The notes: a model not told the origin generated them from the sequence alone. A stretch of DNA of 20,000 nt from an uncultured virus (IMG/VR IMGVR_UViG_3300010391_000003) (IMGVR_UViG_3300010391_000003); one strand, 5' to 3'; counted from the first letter of the stretch, positions 8,871 to 17,053 are shown. Program-made: numbers and translations.

Positions 8871-9293
8871 ATGATTAATGAAAAAGAAGAAAAACGACAA
8901 CAAAAACTTGTTGAAATTCAAAATTGGATAGATAATTTAGAATGGTATCAAACCAACGAAGGTTTCAATTATTCACAAGAAATATTACAATTTAAAGGTT
9001 TTTTAAATTGGTGGAAAAATACTGATATTAAACAAATAGAAAGAATTAAAGGAAAGTATCCAATAAAATACATTGGTAAAACCATGAAATGTAAAATCTG
9101 TGGAGATCCAATAAAACGATGTCATCGCAGAAAAACAAATAATTGGTGTCACACTTGGAAACATAATCATTATCCGAAATATTATAATAAAGGTAACGAA
9201 AAGGTAAGGGAAATAATTCAATATGTTTCTTGCGGAATATTTATAATAGTAATATCACAAATAATTCTTTGGATAATTTCAGGAAGAACATGA
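8871..9293 (+). CDS. Hypothetical protein with internal CxxC/His module and C-terminal TM
   Basis: Internal MKCKICGDPI...WCH...H resembles 8728..8868; hydrophobic C-terminus. Confidence 0.6.
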   Translation: MINEKEEKRQQKLVEIQNWIDNLEWYQTNEGFNYSQEILQFKGFLNWWKNTDIKQIERIKGKYPIKYIGKTMKCKICGDPIKRCHRRKTNNWCHTWKHNHYPKYYNKGNEKVREIIQYVSCGIFIIVISQIILWIISGRT

Positions 9294-9733
9294 TCATTGA
9301 TAAAATGGTAAATATAATACATAGTATTTTTAGCTCATCTCTTAATCACATAACATTTCAAGTAGATGATAGAGAGGGAAGAGAAGATGATGATTATTCA
9401 TTAATATTATGTAAAAACTGTGAAGAATATATAGAAGAATGTGCCTTAGGACAAGTTTATTCAAAATCACATGGAAAATGGAAGTCATTTTCTTCTATTT
9501 ATAAAGAACATATTGGATTTAGCAAACAATTAAGATGGCGTGAAAAATTATATGGAAAACCACTTCCACTTATTCAAAAAATAAAAGCAGCAAGAAAAGT
9601 AAGTCATGACTTATATCCGACACCAAAATTTGGTGGAAAGTATGGCGGAATAAAAGGACATAATATTAGAGAAAAATTTAGAAAAGAAATATTAAAAAGT
9701 ATTAATATTAATTATATACCAAGATATTTATGA
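9290..9733 (+). CDS. Hypothetical protein
   Basis: Start moved to ATG 9290 (ATGA overlap); CKNC...C. Confidence 0.6.
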   Translation: MIIDKMVNIIHSIFSSSLNHITFQVDDREGREDDDYSLILCKNCEEYIEECALGQVYSKSHGKWKSFSSIYKEHIGFSKQLRWREKLYGKPLPLIQKIKAARKVSHDLYPTPKFGGKYGGIKGHNIREKFRKEILKSININYIPRYL

Positions 9734-10335
9734 AAATAAATCTCGGTGGAATAATCCCACTATCTGCAAATGAATGGAAAGATCACGTCTCTGTAGTTGT
9801 GTTCTTCAATGGCTGTCCTTTCCGTTGTTCTTATTGTCATAATCACCAGATGATAGATGCTATAAATTTTGTTGATATAAGAGTTGTCAAAGATGCAATA
9901 GTAAATTCATTACCTTTCATAAATTCTGTGTGCTTTTCTGGTGGCGAACCAACTGCTCAGCCTGAAGCTCTTGAGGAGCTTTTAGCCTTTTCAAAGTCTT
10001 ATGGACTTAAGACAATGATAGAGACGAATGGCTATTTCCCGTCTATCCTTAAGAGATTGTGTGATTATAAGCTTGTTGATATGCTTTATGTTGATATCAA
10101 GACTACAGCGGAAGATTATGACAACTTTACAAAAGCACCAAATTCTTATGAGAATATGATTGAAACACTGCGAATCACAGTTCCTCATACAAAAAGAACA
10201 ACGGTGTTTAAGAATATAAAAATTCCACGATGTTCGCTGATTTATCAGAAAGGTCTGGTAAGATTATCACCAGACAAAACAATGGAAGAATATTCAGAAG
10301 AAGAATTTGAAAATTTAATACATAAAAAGGAATAA
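9730..10335 (+). CDS. nrdG: Radical SAM activase of anaerobic RNR
   Basis: FFNGCPFRCSYCHN (Cx3Cx2C), FSGGEPT, IETNG, YVDIK; NrdD present in the window. Confidence 0.85.
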   Translation: MKINLGGIIPLSANEWKDHVSVVVFFNGCPFRCSYCHNHQMIDAINFVDIRVVKDAIVNSLPFINSVCFSGGEPTAQPEALEELLAFSKSYGLKTMIETNGYFPSILKRLCDYKLVDMLYVDIKTTAEDYDNFTKAPNSYENMIETLRITVPHTKRTTVFKNIKIPRCSLIYQKGLVRLSPDKTMEEYSEEEFENLIHKKE

Positions 10336-10337
10336 TT

Positions 10338-10475
10338 ATGAATAAATGGATATGTTCGAGTTGTCATAAAAGAATGTGCGAAATAGAAGTCAGATTTTTT
10401 GTTTCGGCAACTGAACCAGTCGGATGTTTGTATAAAGAGCCAAATCCTTTCTGGGAATTTATAAAAACACATTAA
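10338..10475 (+). CDS. 45-aa Cys-rich microprotein
   Basis: MNKWICSSCHKRMC...PVGCLY...W. Confidence 0.55.
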   Translation: MNKWICSSCHKRMCEIEVRFFVSATEPVGCLYKEPNPFWEFIKTH

Positions 10476-10537
10476 AAACAAATAACTTTTTATAGATAAA
10501 AATTAATACTGAGATTAAATAGTTAATCGAGGCAAAT

Positions 10538-11032
10538 ATGAGTAAAAAATTTATAATGTTGTTGGTGTTATTATTTCTAATATCACCAGTTTTGGCTTTG
10601 CAACAAACATCAGGAGCAATAAATCTTTCTGTAGAGCCTGGAAATAGTGTAGTAGGAAAATATGGTGTCAGAAACGATGAAAATGTTAGTGTCGACATTA
10701 ATTTCAATGTAACAGGGGATGCTTCAAAATTTATAACTTATGAAAAAGTTGTTACTCTAAATCCGAATGAATTCAGATACATTAATATTACTGCGAATGT
10801 TCCGAAGGATTATGTCGGAAGCAAAAATCTGACAGGAACAATATATGCTCTCAAAGAGGGCAAAAAAGGTGGACAAGTCCAAATTAATATCAGATTAGGA
10901 AAAAACATAAATCTTAATATAGTAGAATCACCTATATCAACACCAAAGGTGAGTGGATTTTCATCATTAATGTTCATAGGCATGATCTTTATGGTCTATG
11001 TCGTGATAAAAATTCGTAAAACGAATAAATAA
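10538..11032 (+). CDS. Exported beta-rich protein with PGF-CTERM-like (SGF) anchor
   Basis: Signal peptide, N-x-S/T sequons, C-terminal VSGF + TM + basic tail. Confidence 0.75.
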   Translation: MSKKFIMLLVLLFLISPVLALQQTSGAINLSVEPGNSVVGKYGVRNDENVSVDINFNVTGDASKFITYEKVVTLNPNEFRYINITANVPKDYVGSKNLTGTIYALKEGKKGGQVQINIRLGKNINLNIVESPISTPKVSGFSSLMFIGMIFMVYVVIKIRKTNK

Positions 11033-11034
11033 AA

Positions 11035-11050
11035 TATGTTTTAAAACATA
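11035..11050. promoter_or_regulatory. Perfect 16-bp palindrome abutting the RBS
   Basis: TATGTTTTAAAACATA immediately before AGGAG. Confidence 0.3.
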
Positions 11051-11061
11051 AGGAGAAATAA

Positions 11062-12032
11062 ATGAATACAAAAATAACAGCAATTTTAATGTCGTTACTC
11101 ATGGTTACAATTTTTGTTCCATCAGCAATGGCATCAGAACAGAGTATTAATCTTTGTGAAAAAGTAATTAATACTGGTGGATCGTGGGGAGTATGTAATC
11201 CTAATGATGCAAATATGGCACAAGGAACATTTACATATAATAATGTAGGTTCAACACTTTCAATTATTGAAGCATCAGCGACAGGATTATCAAGTGATGA
11301 TGGAACAGAATTTTCATTATATATTATAAAGATACAGATTCATCACATGTACTTGCTTCAACAAAATCAGTAAATGTACTTGCAACAGAATTATCTTCTG
11401 GTAATAGTGTAACATTCAATCCAATAGATATAAATACTGGAAATATACCAGCAGGAGACGATATTAATCCAAAAGGAAAGATCTGGATTGTACCATCAGA
11501 AAAGATTAATGTAGATGGAACTCTCGATTGGACAGGATACGCAAATGGAGCAATATTAGAAGATTTCTTATTTGAATCTGATAGTATCGTTCAAACATCG
11601 ACTGATGGATTAACAGTTCAACAGAGAATGGGTGGAATAATTTATACAGCATCTGTGTTGCCTTCTTCAGCATCTTCAGTTGGTAGTGTAACAGTATTAC
11701 AATATGTTCCAACAACAATAGGAATTGCAGCAACTGATGTGAATTTTGGTTCATTATATCAGGGAAGAAGTGGTTCTGGAACATCAACAATTTCAGTAAC
11801 TGAACAATCAGGAACAGATGGATTTAGACCCATAACAGTTGGTTTATCAGTATCTTCAGGAACATGGAATGTTGTTGGAATTACAACTATTATAAATAGT
11901 CTAACTCCAGAAAGTGTAGTTGTCGAGAATACAACACCAGTGACTTCTGTAGCAACTCTAACAGTAAATGTTGGAGCAAATGTTCCAGCAGGAGTATATA
12001 CATCAGAAATAACAGTAAGCGCAACATTTTAA
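11062..12032 (+). pseudogene. Exported surface protein (about 323 aa) split by a 1-nt deletion near 11317-11321
   Basis: The signal-peptide ORF shifts at TTATATATTATAAAGAT. The -1 frame continues (I)YYKDTD...GKIWIVPS...LDW...FLFESD...MGGIIY without a stop to 12032, joining the two ORF-track pieces. Confidence 0.8.
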
Positions 12033-12062
12033 GGATTGAAATATATCCTTAATTTATTTTTT
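12029..12062 (+). terminator. Hairpin plus T-tract
   Basis: TTAAGGAT-8 nt-ATCCTTAA then TTTATTTTTT. Confidence 0.45.
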
Positions 12063-12075
12063 GAGGTATCGAAAT

Positions 12076-12870
12076 ATGAACAAAAATCTTATAATTATTC
12101 TAATCATAATATTATTATTTATTGGTTCAGCTAATGCAATTACAGGGACTGTGACTGTATTACCTAAAAATTCTACACCGACTCCAACTCCTACTCCAAC
12201 TCAGATACTATCATATGGAAGTTCTTCAGGAGGAAGTTCTGGTGGAAGTGGTGTAATAGTTGACGAAAATTTTATCAACATTGAATCACACTACACTATT
12301 GAAAAAGATGTTTCTAGCAGGTATGACACAACCTTCTCATTCAGTGGAACAACAATATACGAAGTTGTTATAAAGAAAACAGAGAATGAAGTATTAGTAT
12401 CTGGTCGTGTTGACGATTTAGTAGCAAGATCGTCAAGAACACCAACTCAGCCTGATGGAGAAGTATATAAATTTGTTAATGCATACATAGGAACAAAGAG
12501 ATTCGGAAGTGCTGAATTGAGATTTAAAGTCCCAGTTTCGTGGACTCTAAATAAGAATATGCAGATGTTGATATGGCAAAATAATGTTTGGATTCCTTTG
12601 GAGACCACAAAATTGAGTGAAGACTCTGAATATGCATATTTTAGTGCAATAACAAATCACTTCACTAATTTTGTAATAGTTGGAAAACAATCTTCAGTAC
12701 CAGAAGTTGTTCCAGTTGTAACAACTCAACCAACTACAGTACCAACAGAAGTAATACAGATAACACCAGTAACAACAGAAGAAACAAAGTCGGGATTTAA
12801 TGCCACTGCAGCAATAGCTTTTGTTTTAATATTAGTGGCAGTTGTATATATATTTATGAGAAAGAAATAA
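12076..12870 (+). CDS. PGF-pre-PGF domain cell-surface protein
   Basis: Signal peptide, (PT)n and G/S linker, VYKFVN...FKVPVSW...W..LET...YAYFSA.T.HF, Thr/Pro linker, KSGF + TM + RKK. Start ATG 12076 after GAGGT. Confidence 0.8.
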   Translation: MNKNLIIILIIILLFIGSANAITGTVTVLPKNSTPTPTPTPTQILSYGSSSGGSSGGSGVIVDENFINIESHYTIEKDVSSRYDTTFSFSGTTIYEVVIKKTENEVLVSGRVDDLVARSSRTPTQPDGEVYKFVNAYIGTKRFGSAELRFKVPVSWTLNKNMQMLIWQNNVWIPLETTKLSEDSEYAYFSAITNHFTNFVIVGKQSSVPEVVPVVTTQPTTVPTEVIQITPVTTEETKSGFNATAAIAFVLILVAVVYIFMRKK

Positions 12871-12906
12871 TACTTCTTTTTCATATTTCTTTTTTTATCA
12901 ATAATC

Positions 12907-12916
12907 TTTATATACT
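12907..12916 (+). promoter_or_regulatory. TATA box, leaderless promoter
   Basis: TTTATATACT exactly 21 nt before ATG 12938; preceded by an oligo-T terminator-like tract. Confidence 0.65.
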
Positions 12917-12937
12917 ATTAGTTTCATATATTTGTCT

Positions 12938-13099
12938 ATGGACTTTAATACAAGACGGAACATAGTGCTGATAGGACTTGTCGTTTTAATATTGTCGACA
13001 CTTGGTATATTTCTTGCTCTTGGAAGAATGGAAGAATCACTATCAATAGAAATGATATTTGGACGAATATATCATATAATTTTCGGGAGATCATTATGA
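12938..13099 (+). CDS. 53-aa single-TM protein
   Basis: MDFNTRRNIVLIGLVVLILSTLGIFLAL...; ATGA overlap with the next gene. Confidence 0.65.
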   Translation: MDFNTRRNIVLIGLVVLILSTLGIFLALGRMEESLSIEMIFGRIYHIIFGRSL

Positions 13100-13686
13100 A
13101 AAAAATATTATTTATATCTCTTTTAATTTTAATTCCCACAGCTTCTTCATATGAGGTAGATTATTCTCACGATATCTGGCATCCTATTAATGCGTCTTCT
13201 TTTATAACTCCAGACAATCCTGTGGTAAATTTAGTTGCTAAAGGTCTCTATTTAGATGATGATGGTAAATTAAGATATAAAAATTTAAAAGTCATTAAGT
13301 GTGAAAATTGTTGGGGAAAAACATGGTGTAAAAATCTTGTCTTCACAAATAATTATGTTTATGATGTTAATATATATGGAGAAGATAAATGGTTAATGCC
13401 AGAACAATATATTTTAGGTGGATTTAATGGTGATTGTGATGATTGGGCAGTAACAGTCGCATCTATTATGTTATCTGGAAATTTAACAGTAGATGACATT
13501 CCACAAGTTGTTCCAGCAAGAGTGATTCTAGGATATTTTGGTGGTCAACGAGATGCTTATGTCGAATATAAACTTCATAATCAGACGTGGATAACATCCA
13601 CAGGATATAATTATGAACAAAAAGTTTCTACTACAATATATACAATTAAAGATGAACAATTTAAGCCACTAATATATTTAAATTAA
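13096..13686 (+). CDS. Exported transglutaminase-like protein
   Basis: Signal peptide, FITPDNPVV, W..P, GDCDDWA, ARVILG...DAYVEY. Confidence 0.75.
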   Translation: MKKILFISLLILIPTASSYEVDYSHDIWHPINASSFITPDNPVVNLVAKGLYLDDDGKLRYKNLKVIKCENCWGKTWCKNLVFTNNYVYDVNIYGEDKWLMPEQYILGGFNGDCDDWAVTVASIMLSGNLTVDDIPQVVPARVILGYFGGQRDAYVEYKLHNQTWITSTGYNYEQKVSTTIYTIKDEQFKPLIYLN

Positions 13687-13696
13687 AGGAGAAATA

Positions 13697-13963
13697 ATGT
13701 CTGATATAATCGAAGCACACAAATATTGTCGAAATAATCGCGAAAATATAACAAAATCAAATAAATGTGGTTGTTTTTGTTGTTTAAAAATATTTAAAAC
13801 ATCAGAAATAACAGAATGGATAGATAGAAGCAATATCGGGAATGATACAGCATTGTGTCCTTATTGTGGTACAGATTCTGTTTTGCCTGAAATTTCAGGA
13901 TATCCAATAACAAAATCATTTCTCAATAAGATGGAAACATATTGGTTCTCAACTATACCATGA
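13697..13963 (+). CDS. Conserved Cys-rich hypothetical protein
   Basis: AHKYC..NR, CGCFCC, EWID, TALCPYCG.DSV; AAGGAG RBS. Confidence 0.8.
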   Translation: MSDIIEAHKYCRNNRENITKSNKCGCFCCLKIFKTSEITEWIDRSNIGNDTALCPYCGTDSVLPEISGYPITKSFLNKMETYWFSTIP

Positions 13964-14214
13964 ACGCAGAATTATTTATGACGATTGCAAATATCGTCTT
14001 TCTTATAGGAACTTTCTTTCTTTTTATGAGAGTTCTTAAAAATCGAGATTCTTTAAAAGATTTTGATAAAATGGGTTCGTTCTTAACATTTTTTGGAATG
14101 CTTTTTTCAACAACATCATTAGTGATACTAAAAATGTGGATATCAATACTTTTCTCAACTCCAACAGTTTTATTTTGGGGATTTGTATTTTTGTTTTCAA
14201 TAAGAAATAAGTAG
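13960..14214 (+). CDS. Small 3-TM membrane protein (PQ-loop/SemiSWEET-like topology)
   Basis: Three hydrophobic segments; ATGA overlap; no literal PQ motif. Confidence 0.6.
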   Translation: MNAELFMTIANIVFLIGTFFLFMRVLKNRDSLKDFDKMGSFLTFFGMLFSTTSLVILKMWISILFSTPTVLFWGFVFLFSIRNK

Positions 14215-14230
14215 CATAAACTTATATAAC
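14207..14230 (+). promoter_or_regulatory. ATAAGTAGCAT element plus TATA box (copy 1)
   Basis: ATAAGTAGCAT-aaa-CTTATATAAC, ending 32 nt before ATG 14263. Confidence 0.55.
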
Positions 14231-14262
14231 ATTGAGACTATTATATTCTAAGGAGTGTAAAT

Positions 14263-14403
14263 ATGTCACATAAATCGTATGTAAAATTAGAAAAGAAAGA
14301 AGAAAAAGCAATCGAAAAAATTTCTGAGGGTTTGAAAGAATTAAAAGATGTGGAAAGAAAAGAAAGAAAATTAGACAAGAAAATGCACAAAATGAGAAAA
14401 TAA
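14263..14403 (+). CDS. 46-aa K/E-rich coiled-coil microprotein
   Basis: AAGGAG RBS; MSHKSYVKLEKKEEKAIEKISEGLKELK... Confidence 0.65.
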   Translation: MSHKSYVKLEKKEEKAIEKISEGLKELKDVERKERKLDKKMHKMRK

Positions 14404-14426
14404 GATTATTTATCATTTTTAACAAT

Positions 14427-14451
14427 ATAAGTAGCATTTAATTTAAATACT
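14427..14451 (+). promoter_or_regulatory. ATAAGTAGCAT element plus TATA box (copy 2), heads the microprotein array
   Basis: ATAAGTAGCAT-ttaa-TTTAAATACT, ending 32 nt before ATG 14484. Confidence 0.55.
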
Positions 14452-14483
14452 ATTACATTCATTATAATACTAGAGTTGATTAT

Positions 14484-14669
14484 ATGGTCAGAGAAGTAAT
14501 GGAAGATGGAAGAAGACATGTTCATATTTTAGCAAGAAGTCTTGAAGCAGCAAAAAATAAAGCCAGACCTGTCAAAAATTTAAAAATAAGTACTGGAAAT
14601 CTTGTCGAAGCCGAAAAACATGAAGAGAATGGAATGAAGACATATTCATTCAGAATAAAGGATGTGTAA
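14484..14669 (+). CDS. Array microprotein
   Basis: 61 aa; ARSLEAAKNKA helix motif. Confidence 0.7.
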   Translation: MVREVMEDGRRHVHILARSLEAAKNKARPVKNLKISTGNLVEAEKHEENGMKTYSFRIKDV

Positions 14670-14671
14670 TT

Positions 14672-14824
14672 ATGGCATATAGAGTAGAAGAACTTGGATT
14701 CCCTCATGTTGAAGTCGGAACATTTACATTTTTGCATAACGCAAGAATCGTTGCAGACGAATATACAAGTAAACATAAGGGTGTAAAAGTGAGAATAGTA
14801 AAATTAATACCAATAAAAAGGTGA
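14672..14824 (+). CDS. Array microprotein (50 aa)
   Basis: MAYRVEELGFPHVEVGTFTFLHNARIVADEY...VRIVK; not in ORF track. Confidence 0.7.
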   Translation: MAYRVEELGFPHVEVGTFTFLHNARIVADEYTSKHKGVKVRIVKLIPIKR

Positions 14825-14828
14825 AATT

Positions 14829-14999
14829 ATGGGAATATATAAAGTAGGAAAAAATTTAAATAGTATAGCAAGATCAGGAACATGGGCAGACACACTTGAA
14901 GAAGCAAAAGATATATTAGCAAAGAAAGAAAAAGGATATCATATATATCACTTAGTTATTGATAAGAAAAAAGATATGATAAAATTTGAGAGATTATAA
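14829..14999 (+). CDS. Array microprotein (56 aa), divergent YKV family member
   Basis: MGIYKVG...ADTLEEAKDIL...GYHIYHL. Confidence 0.7.
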   Translation: MGIYKVGKNLNSIARSGTWADTLEEAKDILAKKEKGYHIYHLVIDKKKDMIKFERL

Positions 15000-15001
15000 A
15001 T

Positions 15002-15223
15002 ATGTCAAATATGTGGGATCTACCAGAACAACATCATCCAATACATGGAAAGAAAAAGAGAAAGCATGTTGAACATCACGAACGTGAAGAACATGAAGAA
15101 AGACCAGAAGAACACTTCGAAAAGGTCGGAAAGGTAATTACAGATGCAGCAATAACAACAGTCGGAATTGGTGTAATTGGTTCGTTGGGAGTAAATTTAA
15201 TAAGTTCATTAAGACCAAAGTAA
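15002..15223 (+). CDS. His/Glu-rich microprotein with C-terminal hydrophobic segment
   Basis: HHPIHGKKKRKHVEHHEREEHEE then a Gly/Ile/Val-rich segment. Confidence 0.7.
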   Translation: MSNMWDLPEQHHPIHGKKKRKHVEHHEREEHEERPEEHFEKVGKVITDAAITTVGIGVIGSLGVNLISSLRPK

Positions 15224-15236
15224 TGAGGATATAAAT

Positions 15237-15458
15237 ATGACAAAATATCAAGTTCTTGGACATGGTGGAATATTCTGGGAAATAACACACATAAAACCTA
15301 AAATATTTGATACATATGAAGAAGCCAAAGAATATGGAGATAGAATTGTTAGTTCATATAAAGACCAACACGGAAAACTTCCTTTTCTAGTATGGTATAA
15401 AATAGTAGAATTAACTAATGTTGGTGCACACTTATTAGAATTAACAAATTTGAGGTAA
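15237..15458 (+). CDS. Array microprotein
   Basis: MTKYQVLGH...FDTYEEAKEYG. Confidence 0.7.
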   Translation: MTKYQVLGHGGIFWEITHIKPKIFDTYEEAKEYGDRIVSSYKDQHGKLPFLVWYKIVELTNVGAHLLELTNLR

Positions 15459-15460
15459 AT

Positions 15461-15676
15461 ATGGGAATAATTGTCGGAAGATGGCTAAAAGATGGAAAAA
15501 ATAAAGTTTTTTCTACTCAATTTAAAACAGCACGTCGTGCAAAAATAATAGCAAATAGACTCGCAAATGAGGCATCAAAAACAGACAAAAATCATGTTTA
15601 TGAAGTTGGTAAACCATTTAGACACGGAGCATTCTGGAGTATTTATATTCATAGAATAAAAGTAGGAAGGTATTAA
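15461..15676 (+). CDS. Array microprotein, basic
   Basis: FKTARRAKIIANRL...WSIYIHR. Confidence 0.7.
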   Translation: MGIIVGRWLKDGKNKVFSTQFKTARRAKIIANRLANEASKTDKNHVYEVGKPFRHGAFWSIYIHRIKVGRY

Positions 15677-15679
15677 AAC

Positions 15680-15844
15680 ATGACAAAATATAAAGTAGCA
15701 CTAGGACACGATCTTCGTGGAATATCATATCATCGAAATATAGAAAGAGCAAGAGAATCGTTAAAGAAAGTCGGAAAACCATACCACATATTTCACTATA
15801 ATGAGCCAACAAAATTCTATGAAGGTGCATGGAGACCAACTTAG
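15680..15844 (+). CDS. YKVAL-family microprotein 1 (54 aa)
   Basis: MTKYKVALGHDLRGISYHRNIERARESLKKVGKPYHIFHYNEPTKFYEGAWRPT. Confidence 0.8.
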   Translation: MTKYKVALGHDLRGISYHRNIERARESLKKVGKPYHIFHYNEPTKFYEGAWRPT

Positions 15845-15853
15845 GGGATAAAT

Positions 15854-16042
15854 ATGACAAAAAGACAACCAGATTATTATAGAGTAAAAGAAGATGGAAG
15901 ATTTTGGGCAACAAAATTTCAAACGAAATTGAGAGCAGAAGAATTTGCAAAAGAAAGACGAAATCTTATTACAGGAACTGGAAAGAAAGGAATATATGTT
16001 TATGCTATAAGAATAAAAAGAAATAAAGATAGATATTGGTAA
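15854..16042 (+). CDS. Array microprotein, basic
   Basis: YYRV...FQTKLRAEEFA...IYVY. Confidence 0.7.
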   Translation: MTKRQPDYYRVKEDGRFWATKFQTKLRAEEFAKERRNLITGTGKKGIYVYAIRIKRNKDRYW

Positions 16043-16058
16043 GAGGAGTGAATAAAAT

Positions 16059-16310
16059 ATGGTAGAATTGTGGTTTAAAGGATTTAAAAGACATTCTGGA
16101 TTTGACAAAACAAAATCTGTAGAACAGAATTTAAAAATAATGTATAAGAATGCGAAACTTAAAAATCCTGCTGATCGATGGAGAAGAGTTGGGAGACAAG
16201 CCACAGCACTTGCAAATTTAACAAAAGATTTTGAAACACAAATCAGAGCAAGAACTGTAGCAAATGAAGCATTCAATAAATTAGAAATACTTCACGAATT
16301 GGGAAAATAA
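16059..16310 (+). CDS. Array microprotein, basic helical
   Basis: GAGGAG RBS; RQATALANLTKD... Confidence 0.7.
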   Translation: MVELWFKGFKRHSGFDKTKSVEQNLKIMYKNAKLKNPADRWRRVGRQATALANLTKDFETQIRARTVANEAFNKLEILHELGK

Positions 16311-16311
16311 T

Positions 16312-16467
16312 ATGACAGTCTATAAAGTAGCTTTAAGATCAGATGTAAGACAATTATCCACACATTACTATCTAAGTACTGCAAGAGCAGCACAAAGACA
16401 AGCAGGTTCAGAATATCACATATATGGTTGGGATTCTGGAAAAAGTGAATGGTATAAGGTGGAATAA
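16312..16467 (+). CDS. YKVAL-family microprotein 2 (51 aa)
   Basis: MTVYKVALRSDVRQLSTHYYLSTARAAQRQAGSEYHIYGWDSGKSEWYKVE. Confidence 0.8.
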   Translation: MTVYKVALRSDVRQLSTHYYLSTARAAQRQAGSEYHIYGWDSGKSEWYKVE

Positions 16468-16469
16468 AT

Positions 16470-16676
16470 ATGACACATTATCCATATGACGAACCAAGTC
16501 CAAGTCACCATTACTTAAAATTTAATGGTAAAAAATATCATTGGATTAGAACAGTTAAAGGAAAATCTGCAGCAGAAAATATAAAAATACAATATAAAAA
16601 GACAGGAAGTCTCATAAGAATAGTACCATCTGGAGTAAGAGGATGGTATAAGGTTTATGTATGGTATTTAAAATGA
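16470..16676 (+). CDS. Array microprotein, basic
   Basis: FNGKKY...KSAAE...G.LIRIV...YKVYV. Confidence 0.7.
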   Translation: MTHYPYDEPSPSHHYLKFNGKKYHWIRTVKGKSAAENIKIQYKKTGSLIRIVPSGVRGWYKVYVWYLK

Positions 16677-16686
16677 AGGAGTAAAT

Positions 16687-16851
16687 ATGGCAAATTTTAA
16701 AGTGGCATTAACACCAAAAGGTAGAGCACATTCTGAACACAAATTACTTAGAAGAGCAATAAAATCGACGCATGAAGTTATATTCAGAAGTGGAAAGATG
16801 TATAAGATTTATCAATGGAGTCCATTAAATAAAAAATGGATAAGAGTATAA
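16687..16851 (+). CDS. YKVAL-family microprotein 3 (54 aa)
   Basis: MANFKVALTPKGRAHSEHKLLRRAIKSTHEVIFRSGKMYKIYQWSPLNKKWIRV; AAGGAG RBS. Confidence 0.8.
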   Translation: MANFKVALTPKGRAHSEHKLLRRAIKSTHEVIFRSGKMYKIYQWSPLNKKWIRV

Positions 16852-16854
16852 ATT

Positions 16855-17043
16855 ATGCCAAAATCAAAAACAAAAGAATCAATTTTGTGGAATGTCTTTG
16901 ACAGACGTGATAGAGAAAAAGATCATATCGGTGTAATTAGAGCTGAAACAAAATCTGATGCAAAAGCAAAAGCTGTCAAGAAATATGGAAAATATTCTGA
17001 TGTTAAGAAAATGCCATGGGGACAAACATGGATATATAAATAA
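16855..17043 (+). CDS. Array microprotein, basic
   Basis: WNVF...IGVIRAETKSDAKAKAVKKYG. Confidence 0.7.
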   Translation: MPKSKTKESILWNVFDRRDREKDHIGVIRAETKSDAKAKAVKKYGKYSDVKKMPWGQTWIYK

Positions 17044-17053
17044 AAAATAAATT

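Noticed and set aside
7551..10475. CxxCH strings CIDCH, CSYCH and CSSCH as heme sites
   Set aside because: They belong to an HNH Zn site, the radical SAM Cx3Cx2C motif and a cytoplasmic microprotein without signal peptide.
12172..12201. ACTCC(A/T) repeats as a Borg-type tandem repeat
   Set aside because: Short, imperfect and simply encode a (PT)n linker.
227..15856. Genome-wide TAG recoding (TAG in frame with downstream coding at 227, 461, 5485, 15842)
   Set aside because: Other TAGs (1866, 6012, 6477, 6631, 14212) end genes with no in-frame gene following, long genes have no internal TAG, and the downstream genes have their own ATG; the frequency fits chance.
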